A stretch of 64,000 bases of DNA from Candidatus Poseidoniaceae archaeon (GTDB lineage: Archaea > Thermoplasmatota > Poseidoniia > Poseidoniales > Poseidoniaceae), in contig CAXRAL010000083.1 of the NCBI GenBank assembly GCA_964228815.1, forward strand, positions 5,665 through 69,664, read 5' to 3'. The notes beneath the pieces were generated by a model. That model saw only the letters and a program-made list of their open reading frames with translations. It had not been told where the DNA came from and did not search any database. Below, piece by piece: positions 8,224 to 18,200 of the stretch. How positions within the stretch are numbered: the first letter of the stretch is position 1; each line of letters opens with the position of its first letter. The position numbers and the translations under genes are program-made.

Positions 8224-9971
8224 TCGTGGTTGGACGCCAAAGGACGGCGCCAGCCCTGGCCGAACGCCCGTGGCGACACGCGGGGCGCTGGGGGCATTTG
8301 CCATCGCTTGTGCTCGTTCCGCTCCAAGCGTTGCAACACGTCCATCACGGTCGCTGCGTCAAAGCCTCGAGCGATGAGGTCGTCGGTGTTGAGCCCGCCT
8401 TCGATGTGCGACCTGAGGATGGCGTCAAGTTCATCGTATGGTGGGAGCGAGTCTTGGTCGGTCTGGTCCGGAGCCAATTCAGCGGACGGCGGTTTGGTCA
8501 TGGTCGACATGGAGACAGGGGCCGTTCGTCCTGAGGCTTCAGCGCGTTGATTGAAGCGTTCGGCCATGGCGTACACCTCCATCTTGTAGACATCGCCCAG
8601 CGGCGCATAGCCGCCAGCCATGTCGCCGTAGAGCGTGCAATAGCCTTGAGCGATCTCGGATTTGTTGCCCGTGGTGATGGCCATGCTGGCGTTGGCGTTG
8701 GCGTACCCCATCACCAGCAGTGCACGCAATCGAGCTTGGAGGTTCTCTGCGGCGACCGGATGACCGTTCGCCAACACTTCGCCGAGAACGCCTTCCACGC
8801 TGGTGTGCATGGCATCGATTTCGTGGAGGTGATGCGCCATGCCCAACGCCTCGGCGGTGTGAAGGGCATCGTCGATGGAGTGCTGGGACGAGTGGCGACT
8901 GGGCATGGCCAGACCGGTCACCTTCTCTGCGCCCAACGCAGCGACGGCAACGCAAGCCGCCACGGCCGAATCGATGCCGCCCGACAGCCCCAACACGACG
9001 GACGTGATGGACGATTTTCGACAATAGTCCGCCAGGCCCGCCACCACGGCGTTGGTCAACTCCTCGATGGTATCCATCATGCCCGTGCCATCATCGCTGG
9101 CCTCGAGGTAAATGAGCGGCGCTTCCCCGATGGCGAGGGCATCCTCGGCTTCGCTGGCGACCCATCGACAGGTTTCGGGCGAGGTGATGTCAACGATGAG
9201 CACACCTTCCTGCCACGACGGCGCCACGACCGCACGGCCGTCCGGCCACACCGCCAAACTTCGCCCGTCGAACAGAAGGTCGTCGTTGCCTCCGACTTGG
9301 TTGGCAAGGAGAAAGGGATGACCGAGGACAGCGGCGGCATGCCGTGCGACCGCGAGACGGGTGGTGAATTTCTCAGAATGGAACGGTGAGGCCGACAGGT
9401 TGACCGTTGCATCGATGTCGACGCCCTGACGGCACCATTCGGCGATGTGTTCAATCGGGTCTTGGGTGTACGATGATGGCGTCATGCCCGCCGATTGCCA
9501 TGCGTCCTCGCACACAGTGACACCGAGGGTGAACCCACCAAAGGAGCGAGCGAGTCCGGATCGGTTTTTTGGCATGAAATACCGAGCCTCATCGAACACA
9601 TCGTAGGTCGGGAGCAATTGTTTCTCGGCGACAATTCGTCCGTGCTCATCACCCGTGATGGTAGCGAAGGCCGGGCCAGCGCGGACCACACCGTTGGTGG
9701 GAAGGGTTCGCTCATCCTCGGCCGGAATCGGTGTGCCAACCAAGACAGGAAGCGGCGTCTCTAGAGAGAGGGCAGCGGTCATGGAGCGTTCAACAAAATC
9801 GCGCTCCATCAAGAGATCCCGTGGAGGATAGCCGCACACCGCAAGTTCCGTTGAGATACCGACCTTCGCGCCACCCGACAAGGCCTGCTGTGCCAACCCC
9901 GTCAGGCGACGGCCGTTGTGGTCCAAGTCGCCCACGGTGGGGTCAAACTGGAGCAACGCGATCGTGGTCAT
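8211..9971 (-). CDS. nadE: glutamine-dependent NAD+ synthetase (N-terminal nitrilase/CN-hydrolase domain plus NAD synthetase domain)
   Basis: The ORF is 8211-10037. The CN-hydrolase part is MTTIALLQFDP...LAVCGYPPRDL...VTVCEDAW. The synthetase part has the PP-loop LGLSGGIDSAV. ATG 9971 is preceded by GAGGTGAGG (SD-like) a few nt upstream. Confidence 0.9.
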   Translation of the reverse strand: MTTIALLQFDPTVGDLDHNGRRLTGLAQQALSGGAKVGISTELAVCGYPPRDLLMERDFVERSMTAALSLETPLPVLVGTPIPAEDERTLPTNGVVRAGPAFATITGDEHGRIVAEKQLLPTYDVFDEARYFMPKNRSGLARSFGGFTLGVTVCEDAWQSAGMTPSSYTQDPIEHIAEWCRQGVDIDATVNLSASPFHSEKFTTRLAVARHAAAVLGHPFLLANQVGGNDDLLFDGRSLAVWPDGRAVVAPSWQEGVLIVDITSPETCRWVASEAEDALAIGEAPLIYLEASDDGTGMMDTIEELTNAVVAGLADYCRKSSITSVVLGLSGGIDSAVAACVAVAALGAEKVTGLAMPSRHSSQHSIDDALHTAEALGMAHHLHEIDAMHTSVEGVLGEVLANGHPVAAENLQARLRALLVMGYANANASMAITTGNKSEIAQGYCTLYGDMAGGYAPLGDVYKMEVYAMAERFNQRAEASGRTAPVSMSTMTKPPSAELAPDQTDQDSLPPYDELDAILRSHIEGGLNTDDLIARGFDAATVMDVLQRLERNEHKRWQMPPAPRVSPRAFGQGWRRPLASNHDWRR

Positions 9972-9991
9972 GGCCTCACCTCGAAACGTGT

Positions 9992-12900
9992 TTAGGGATG
10001 CTTCACAATGTCGCCATTGGCATCCTTGTACCACCACTCGTTGGTGGCTTTGTCATGGTACCACCAGTAGCCATCCGACCCCATCACCCAATCGGTTTCG
10101 ACCTCGTTGCCGTTCGTCGATTCGGTTGATGCGGTGACCGTTGCGGCGGCAACTTGAACGGTGTTGTCGGGTGTGAAATCATCGTCGTCATCGTCGTCGT
10201 CATCGTCCTCAAACTCAGAGGAATATTCGTCCCAGTCAAATTCAGACCGTGCGCCTTGGTTCACCGTCATGCGGCGCATCCATGCCAACAACGACACCAC
10301 GACGGCGACCAGCAGCAGGCCGGTCAGGCTCCCGATGATGGGGTTCACATCGCCGAAGACCTTCTCGGAGAAGGTGGGTTCCTCAGCGACGCGGACCTCG
10401 ATGGTGGGACCGCTAACGACCATGCCGTTGTCGAGGGTTGCCTCGACCCATTGGATGCCCGCTGTTTCTGGCTGCCAGTCGACGGCCACCAGGCCCAAGG
10501 CCCCGGCCTCGGCGCTGACGTCCGTGCGTTGAATGAGCGTGCGTTCGCCTTCGGCCGTCACCGTTTCGAAGGACACACCGGTTTGACCCTGGAGGCTCCC
10601 AATGTTCTCCACCTCGAGTTGAATCGAGGTGGTATCGCCTTCCTCCATGAGGAGGCGGGAGTAGGTGAGGGCGGATGGCGCCACCGTAAACTTGGGTTGG
10701 AGCCACTCCATGTTCCACGTCGCCAGGAAGGGGTCGTTGAGGTCCCCGCCCAGGCCGGTGACGGTGTTTCCGGCAAGGTCTCGACCAGCGATGCTAATCT
10801 TCACTTCCATCCGGTCGATCAGCATCGCATTGGTGATTTCGCTCAGGTTCATGTCACCGTAGAGTTCGAGGCGGAGTCCATCAATCGCTTCGCCTTCCAG
10901 CGTCAAGGGTTCCCGTCCGGACCGAATGACATCACCGGTTTCAAAGTCTTCCACCTGCCAAACCAATTCAAGCGAATCCACGTCAAGACCGCCCAGTTCC
11001 TGCACGACCAGGCGAACTTCGTGGTTCTCACCACCCAAGACAGCACGTGGGCGAGGCGAGAGCACCTCTTGGGGTTCAGGCCCGGTGCCGTCAACGACGA
11101 TCCATTTGACCGAGGTGGATTGGTCGGTCAGGTCAACACCCTGCCCTTCAAGGCAGCCCACTTCCCATGTCATGGGCAAGGAACCGGAGGAGGCAGGTGC
11201 ATCAATGGCCGTGGACCAAATGCCGTCCTTGGCCTCGACAGCGTGCGTTTGTCCGGCAAACAGAATGTTCACGGTGCAGTCAAAGGCTGGAACAGTCGAC
11301 GTTTCTGCAAAGACAAGCCCACCTGAAAGTTCCATCGGCGTAAGTGGCGTGACCCGAGCGCCATCACCGAGGAAGGAACCTCGGGTTAGGTGCAGGTTGA
11401 CGCTTTCCTCGGGAATGCTCAGTCCCGCAGAGAAGCGCCAGCGGTGTTCAGGGAAATTTCGCATCTCCTCTTGGCCGGCACGGTCCACCACCAAGATGGC
11501 AGGTTCTCGACGGTTATCCCCCAAATCGGGTGTGTTCCAACCCAGTTGGAGGTGGATGTTCAGCACCAGGTCCTTCTCGTAGGGATCGGCAACGCCGTTG
11601 GCCCCCAACATGGTGCACTGGTCGATGATGATGTGGGTGGAGGTGGTGGTGCACTCACCGGTCTCAAACGCCCACTGGATGCTCATGGCGTCGCTGCCCT
11701 GGTTGCTCGCCAGCATCACCTCGACGGTGGACAAATCCGAGCCACCGTTGGGCTCGGAAATCTTCACGTTCAGTTCGTAAGGCTGGGCTGGATGGAGCCA
11801 AGACTGGCGACCGTCAGCCCACGCAAAGGCGTCCGGTTCGAGTTCAGGCGCCCCGTCAACGGCGAGCTGGTACATGAACAACTGCTCGCCTTCCTCGGCG
11901 CTCCCGCCGTCTTGGAGTGCGTAGCCTGAGGGGTCGGTGCCTTCGAGGTACACGGCCACCTTCTGACCGAGGCTGCCACCGGTATCGTCCAACATGAGGG
12001 TGTAGACGCCCGTAAGCGCGGTCTGGTCGCTGGGCACCAACATTGGAACGGCATGATACTCTCCTTCGTCGGGCCAGCCATTGAGGTTCGTGTCGTCGAC
12101 CCATTCCTTCCAAACCATGGCGGTCATGGCGCTCGGCAGAACGGGTTGGTCAGCGATGGTCGCTTGCATCACCTGCGTTGGGCTTGGCGTGCGATGGTCG
12201 TAGCGGTACATCGAGGTCTCCATCACCCGAGGCTTCACCGAATCAACCGTGAAGGTGCGACTGAGCGAGGTCGGCTCAATAACGGTCGAGCCGTTGAACG
12301 ACACCAGACCGACCTCCCAGGTGACATCGCCGTAGGTGAACGGAATGGTCTCCGTGAAGTTCCAAAACGCGCCGTCCAAGGAGGTCGTGTTGCGCACCGC
12401 CGTGCCGTCCCGGTAAAGGGTGAGTTCGGCGTCGCCGTCCACAAATCCACGAGCATCGTTGACGTTTTCGTAGCCAACGCGAACGGAGACGTTCATCGAT
12501 TCACCGCCCCGGAGGTAGAGACGAGACGGGCTCATGTCAACGCCGTTTTCCGAAAAGACGACGCCCTTGATTTCAAGGTCGTTCTCGTAGCCTTGAAGCC
12601 CCGTGCCACCCCACGTGTGAGCAAACGGAATGGAGATCACCCCGCTCTGCATCACCAACCGCGAGGTGGCGGTGAGTTGCTGCTCATCGTCCCACGTTGG
12701 TCGGAGTCGGAACGTGATGTTCGTCACCACGTTGGTGCCGTCTTCGGTGATGTCGATGGGGTCGGTTGGATGGAGTTCTACGAGGGAAGCATCGCCCAGG
12801 CCGGCGGGGGCACCACCGGCATCGGGGAACAGGAAGGTGGCTTGGTTCGTTTTGCTGTACACGTCGAGTCGATGATGCGTGATGGACCCACCAATGACCT

Positions 12901-15139
12901 GATATTCAGTGGAAATCGTTTGCCATTCCTTGGAGGGCGTCAGCACGGCTTGGGCGTCAACCATGGCGCCGTTCTGAAGTATCACAGTGCTCGAGGTTTG
13001 CAAGCTGAGCACCTCAACCGTCAAACCGCCACGGGTTTCCGACATGAAGGGAAGCGGGACGGACTGCATTCCGGCCACTCCAGCGACCGTTGTTCGTGCC
13101 TCGTTCACGCCCATCACAAAGGCCGACGAGGCGTCAGCCACGATATGCTGGTTCGCCTCGTAGGTGGCTCGAAGGCCACCGAGAACGGTGACACCGTTGC
13201 CCGACACCTCAATGCGAGCTTCCGTAAAGGCCGTATCGTGAATGTCAACCGAATTGGCGGTGTTGGCCAACGCCGTGTTGAACACGGCAAGTTCGCTGCC
13301 GTTGAGGTGGAACAGGCCGGCCGATGTTGCATTGGTCGAGCGGTTGGCCACCAGCGTGTTTTGGACGAAAAGGGCGATTTCAAGGACCGTGCCGGCCGTG
13401 GCCGCATAGCCGAAACCGAACGAGGTGAGGTCCTCGGAGGGGACCCACAGCCTTGCGTCGCTCGGGGCGCCGGAGGTGAGGGTGAGTTCCATCTGTTCCT
13501 CGGCGTTCGCGAAGCGGTCTTGCCAACCCCACGTGCCTACACGCGCATCCTCACCGCCCCATTCGTACCGCTCATCAAGGTTGAAGTCGAGGGTTGGGCG
13601 AGCAGGGTGTTGGCCACCGAAGAGGTCCATGGAGAACGCTTCAGCGTTCCAAGCGGTGAAATTGCTCATGTTGCCATCGGTGGGAAGCACCGACACGACA
13701 CGGGCCTGCATGCCAACCGTGCTTTGGTTGGTCGTGGGGAAGTAAGGCAGGCTGACGTTCATCCAAGCGTCCTCCGGATGGAAGCGCACCTGAACTTGGC
13801 CGCTTGCGACTGTGCCGTCGAGTTTTGCGTCGTACAGGGGTGCGTTGGCCAGCACCCAAGGCGAGGTCAGGGTGGAATTCTCGTCTGAACCCAGCACACC
13901 AATGCCGGGGACGTAGGATGCGTTGGACATGGTCCACCCACGGGTCAGTGGGTCGGTGATGAAGCTCTCATGGTAGGCTCCGTCGCCGGTGATGGAGTGC
14001 ACTTCGGGCATGCCCGATGCACTGCCCTTGAATTCGAGGTGCAAGCGGAATTGGTCGATCAGGTCGTGGTCGAGGAGATTGATGGGGACGACATAGTCGT
14101 TTGAACCCCGCATGCCGGGAATCACTTCGCCGGCCGAGTTGAGAATGGACCAGTTGAGGTAGGCGCCGTCGGGAACATCAGCCTGGATGGTCATGGGTGC
14201 ATAGGTGTCGGCTGCGAGAAGTTGTGTGGAGCCGGCCTTGTACCCGAGGGTTGGACTGGTCCAGTTGGATTCCGGTGGGGTGGCGATGTGGACGTCGTCG
14301 ACGAACCAATAATCACAGCAGGTACTGCTGCCGCTGGTTTGGTGGATACGGAACTGCGAGTTGGCGTGGAGGGCGGCTGCTGGCAACGTGGTCATGAACT
14401 GGAAGTTGCTGGTTTGAGCACCACCGCCGCTGAAGGTTCGGAACGTCGTCCACGAACCGGAAGCGCCCTTGTATTGGAATTGGAGGTTTTCGCCGCTGTC
14501 CGGCGTTTCACCGCAACCCGAGCGACCCTCGTGAACCCAAGCGTGGAACGGCACGTTGGCGCCGCCGGCGAGGTTCACGACCGGTGAGGTCCCGTAGGTC
14601 GAGCCAGCGTAGGTTCGCAGGGAACCACCGGTCGACCCGTTGAAACCGCACGACGGACTTGACACCCGTGCCGTGTAGGAGTTGGAGAAGGTCCAGCCCT
14701 GGTTGTTGGTGTTGAAGTCCCACAGGATGCCCGGAGAGGAGCCTGTCAAGATACCACCCGATGAACTCGAACCGTTGGAGATGGCGTCGGGGTGACTCCA
14801 GATGCTGTCACTGTTCCACGTGAATCCAGACTGCGTGGGGAGCACCCTCGGTGTGAACTGCATTTCAGCTGACACCAGCGGTTCGTTGTCGGGCAGGTCC
14901 AGCTTGAACATCGTGTTCGGGGTTGAGGTAAGGGTGAGGTTGACCTCATCGCCCGCACCTGCGCTCTTGACCACGTTTTCGTTGGCCAGCGTCGGCGAAT
15001 GTTGCAAGACTGGGCCGACGGCGTGAAGCCACGTGCTCAACACGAACAGGACCACCAATCCAACGGCCTGTGCATGGGCACGCCTACCCGCCATGGTTCG
15101 CGGTGGTCGTTGAAGGACTTGAAGGATGCCCCTTGGCAT
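9992..15139 (-). CDS. giant type-I surface protein GP1 (signal peptide, MAM/jelly-roll-like N-domain, many Ig-like/CARDB-like modules, one TM, 95-aa acidic cytoplasmic tail)
   Basis: The ORF is 9992-15337, but its first 66 codons overlap the ileS start region. Starts at ATG 15139 (MPRGIL) or 15094 (MAGRRAHAQAVGLVVLFVLSTWLHA, signal-peptide-like) are preferred. A CARDB-like module (LEVENIGSLQGQTGVSFETV...) precedes the TM span IIGSLTGLLLVAVVVSLLAW, which is followed by MRRM. Confidence 0.75.
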   Translation of the reverse strand: MPRGILQVLQRPPRTMAGRRAHAQAVGLVVLFVLSTWLHAVGPVLQHSPTLANENVVKSAGAGDEVNLTLTSTPNTMFKLDLPDNEPLVSAEMQFTPRVLPTQSGFTWNSDSIWSHPDAISNGSSSSGGILTGSSPGILWDFNTNNQGWTFSNSYTARVSSPSCGFNGSTGGSLRTYAGSTYGTSPVVNLAGGANVPFHAWVHEGRSGCGETPDSGENLQFQYKGASGSWTTFRTFSGGGAQTSNFQFMTTLPAAALHANSQFRIHQTSGSSTCCDYWFVDDVHIATPPESNWTSPTLGYKAGSTQLLAADTYAPMTIQADVPDGAYLNWSILNSAGEVIPGMRGSNDYVVPINLLDHDLIDQFRLHLEFKGSASGMPEVHSITGDGAYHESFITDPLTRGWTMSNASYVPGIGVLGSDENSTLTSPWVLANAPLYDAKLDGTVASGQVQVRFHPEDAWMNVSLPYFPTTNQSTVGMQARVVSVLPTDGNMSNFTAWNAEAFSMDLFGGQHPARPTLDFNLDERYEWGGEDARVGTWGWQDRFANAEEQMELTLTSGAPSDARLWVPSEDLTSFGFGYAATAGTVLEIALFVQNTLVANRSTNATSAGLFHLNGSELAVFNTALANTANSVDIHDTAFTEARIEVSGNGVTVLGGLRATYEANQHIVADASSAFVMGVNEARTTVAGVAGMQSVPLPFMSETRGGLTVEVLSLQTSSTVILQNGAMVDAQAVLTPSKEWQTISTEYQVIGGSITHHRLDVYSKTNQATFLFPDAGGAPAGLGDASLVELHPTDPIDITEDGTNVVTNITFRLRPTWDDEQQLTATSRLVMQSGVISIPFAHTWGGTGLQGYENDLEIKGVVFSENGVDMSPSRLYLRGGESMNVSVRVGYENVNDARGFVDGDAELTLYRDGTAVRNTTSLDGAFWNFTETIPFTYGDVTWEVGLVSFNGSTVIEPTSLSRTFTVDSVKPRVMETSMYRYDHRTPSPTQVMQATIADQPVLPSAMTAMVWKEWVDDTNLNGWPDEGEYHAVPMLVPSDQTALTGVYTLMLDDTGGSLGQKVAVYLEGTDPSGYALQDGGSAEEGEQLFMYQLAVDGAPELEPDAFAWADGRQSWLHPAQPYELNVKISEPNGGSDLSTVEVMLASNQGSDAMSIQWAFETGECTTTSTHIIIDQCTMLGANGVADPYEKDLVLNIHLQLGWNTPDLGDNRREPAILVVDRAGQEEMRNFPEHRWRFSAGLSIPEESVNLHLTRGSFLGDGARVTPLTPMELSGGLVFAETSTVPAFDCTVNILFAGQTHAVEAKDGIWSTAIDAPASSGSLPMTWEVGCLEGQGVDLTDQSTSVKWIVVDGTGPEPQEVLSPRPRAVLGGENHEVRLVVQELGGLDVDSLELVWQVEDFETGDVIRSGREPLTLEGEAIDGLRLELYGDMNLSEITNAMLIDRMEVKISIAGRDLAGNTVTGLGGDLNDPFLATWNMEWLQPKFTVAPSALTYSRLLMEEGDTTSIQLEVENIGSLQGQTGVSFETVTAEGERTLIQRTDVSAEAGALGLVAVDWQPETAGIQWVEATLDNGMVVSGPTIEVRVAEEPTFSEKVFGDVNPIIGSLTGLLLVAVVVSLLAWMRRMTVNQGARSEFDWDEYSSEFEDDDDDDDDDDFTPDNTVQVAAATVTASTESTNGNEVETDWVMGSDGYWWYHDKATNEWWYKDANGDIVKHP
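10178..10207 (-). repeat. (GAY)10 trinucleotide run encoding a D10 tract in the GP1 tail
   Basis: The plus strand reads atcatcgtcgtcatcgtcgtcgtcatcgtc. On the minus strand this is ten consecutive Asp codons (EFEDDDDDDDDDDF). Confidence 0.9.
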
Positions 15140-15264
15140 TTTCTGAGACACGGGTTGTTTGAGGGACGCCGCCACGAAATCGAAAGAGGCGATGAGGCCA
15201 CGAGTGCGAAAAAATGAACAAAATTTGGAGGAGCGTTCAAAACAGGAACCTCGGTGGGTGAAAC

Positions 15265-18200
15265 ATGGCTCAACCTTCCCCTGCGGGTGAACTGAACGCC
15301 GTTGATTTGGAAACCGGTCTGCTTGAACAGTGGGCAACCGAAAAGACCTTCCAAGCCTCCATTGACAACCGCAGAACCCATGCCCCGTTCATCTTCCTTG
15401 AAGGACCTCCCACGGCCAACGGGAAACCGGGCATCCACCACGTCGTGGCTCGAACGTACAAGGATCTCGTCTGCCGCTGGAAAGCGATGGAAGGCTTCCT
15501 CGTTGAGCGAAAAGGCGGATGGGACACGCACGGTTTGCCCGTTGAAATTGAAGTCCAGAAGCGCCTTGATCTGATGAGCAACGAAGCCATTGAAGCCTAC
15601 GGCATGGCGGAATTCAACCAAGCCTGTCGAGAATCGGTGTGGACGTACGAAGCGGCCTGGCGTGAGATGACCGAACGCATGGCCTACTGGGTTGATCTTG
15701 ACAACCCCTACGTTACCCTGCACAACGACTACGTCGAATCTGCTTGGTGGGCGCTCAAGCAAATGTTCGACAAAGGCCTGCTCTACCGAGGACACAAAGT
15801 GTTGCCTTACTGCCCCCAAACCGGCACATCGTACTCCAGTCACGAAGTCGCCTTGGGCTACAAGGAAGTTGAGGAGCCTTCCGTTTACGTGAAATTCAAA
15901 CTGACCGACGATGACGCTTCCATTCTTGCGTGGACCACCACGCCGTGGACGCTCCCCGGCAACGTGGGCCTGGCGGTCGGACCGGACGTCACCTACGCTC
16001 GATGCCGCATCAAGGAAGCTGCCGGTGATTCGTGGACCGGCGCTGGTGGGGCCGATGTCGGCGAAGAAGTCATTCTCGCCAAGGCTCTGATGAAGGATGT
16101 GCTTCGCCACCACGTGGATATCATCGAAGAGTTCCCTGGTTCCGACCTTGTCGGCCGCTCCTATGAACCGCTTTTCCCCGACGCAGTGCCTCGAGGCGAC
16201 TCCACCACGGCCTGGACGGTGCTGGCCGCCGATTGGGTCACCACCACCGACGGTACTGGCGTGGTCCACACCGCCGTCATGTACGGTGAAGACGACTACA
16301 ACCTCGGCATGGAGGCCGGTTTGCCCGCCCACCACACCGTAGGCATGGACGGCGCTTTTGTGGAGGGAACCCATCCCGAACTCGACGGCCAGTACGTCAA
16401 AGGTTGCGACGCTGCCATCATCGGGCTTCTGTCAGCACCCGGCGGCAGCAACGGCACCGGCCCAGCCAGTGGCCTGCTCTACCGCGAGAAGGACTACCTC
16501 CACGACTACCCGCACTGCTGGCGAACCGACCACCCTCTGCTCTACTACGCCATGGATTCTTGGTTTGTTCGCATGACGGCCGTCAAGGACAACTTGCTCA
16601 AGTTCAACGATCAGGTTGAATGGGCCCCCGATTGGGTGGGCGAAGGGCGATTTGGGGAGTGGCTGCGCAACGTCAAGGACTGGGCCATCTCCCGTGAGCG
16701 GTACTGGGGGACACCCCTACCCGTCTGGCGAAGCGAAACCGGCGAAATGAAGTGCATTGGCTCGATTCAGGAACTCCAAGAAGAGGTGGCCAAAGCCAAC
16801 GCCGCCGGGTTTGAGAACCCCGAATGTCCCGACGATGTCGACCTCCACCGCCCGATCGTGGACGGCTTCACCCTCCTTTCGGACACCGGTCAACCGATGA
16901 AGCGGGAACCCTTTGTCATGGATTGCTGGTTTGATTCCGGTTGTGCACCCTTCGCTCAGTGGCACCATCCCTTTGACGAAGAGCAGCGTTTCAACGCCTC
17001 CTTCCCGGTGGACTACATCTGCGAGGGTGTGGACCAGACACGGGGATGGTTTTACACGCTGCTGGCCGTTTCTGCCACCGTGTTTGACAACATGGCCTAC
17101 AAGCGGTGCCTCTCCCTCGGCCTGATCCTCGACGCTGAAGGCAAGAAGATGTCCAAATCTCGAGGCAACATCGTTGACCCTTGGGACCACTTCAACCGAG
17201 AGGGTGCCGACGCCACTCGCTGGTACATGGTCACGGCCGGTGCGCCGTGGAACCCGATGAAATTCGACCCCAACGGTGTGCGTGAAACCTACGCTAAGAT
17301 GTTCCTCACCACCTGGAACGTCTACAAGTTCCACGCCGATTACGCTGCACTTGACGGGTTTGACCCGGAGGCCCAATCCGTTCCTGTGGAGCAGCGAAGC
17401 GCGTTGGACCGCTGGGTCCTTTCTCGCCTCCACAGCGTGGCCAAAGACTACCATGAGAACTTCACCAACTGGCAGTTCCACAAAGCCTGCCGAGACCTTG
17501 AGGACTTCATGGTGAACGATGTCTCCAACTGGTACGTGCGCCGAAGCCGCCGTCGGCTTTGGGACGAAGCCGACAGTCATGACAAGTTGGCCTGCCAGCA
17601 CACGCTCCATGAGGTCCTTGAGACCATTTGCAAGCTGGTCGCCCCAGTCTCACCGTTCATGGTGGACCGCATTCACCGAAACTTGACCGGCAACAGCGTC
17701 CACACCGCCGACTGGCCCTTGGGCGTGCCCGGCGGACTTGAGGGCGCCACGGCCGATGCATGGGACGAGGTGGCGGCTCAGGCCACCGCCGTTCTTCCAC
17801 CCCAGGACCTTGAACTCGAAGCCACGATGGCCCTTATTCGAGAACTGGCTGAGGCCGGCCGCCGCATCCGCATTGACGGAGGGCGCCGCCAACGGCTGCC
17901 TTGCGCCCAAGGATGGATCGTCGCTGGCCCGGACCTCAGTGAATTCCACGACCTGCTGGCCGAGGAACTCAACGTTGAGTCCATCGAGGTGGAAACCGAC
18001 CTTGATCGGTTCCAGCGCATTGAGTTGGCCCCCAACTTCCGAGCTCTCGCTCCGAAAGCCCGTGCAGACGTGAACAAGGTCGCCGCCGCCATTCGGGAAC
18101 ATGACGACCCCGAAGGCCTGCTGGCCGACATTAAGGACGGCGGAGCTGATGTACTCGGCGTTCTGGTGGAAGCCAGCGATGTCGAAGTGAAGCGGGTTGA

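Noticed and set aside
12053-13888. 611-aa plus-strand ORF
   Set aside because: It lies entirely antisense within the GP1 gene. Its composition is Gly/Arg/His/Val-rich, typical of shadow frames in GC-rich DNA, and it has no recognisable motifs. The same reasoning applies to 10154-11326 and 11390-11929.
15140-15337. Upstream extension of the GP1 ORF to 15337
   Set aside because: It would overlap the ileS start on the opposite strand and lacks signal-peptide character. In-frame ATGs at 15139 and 15094 precede a typical signal sequence.
15037-16374. 445-aa minus-strand ORF
   Set aside because: It is antisense to ileS, which is unambiguous. It is a shadow ORF.
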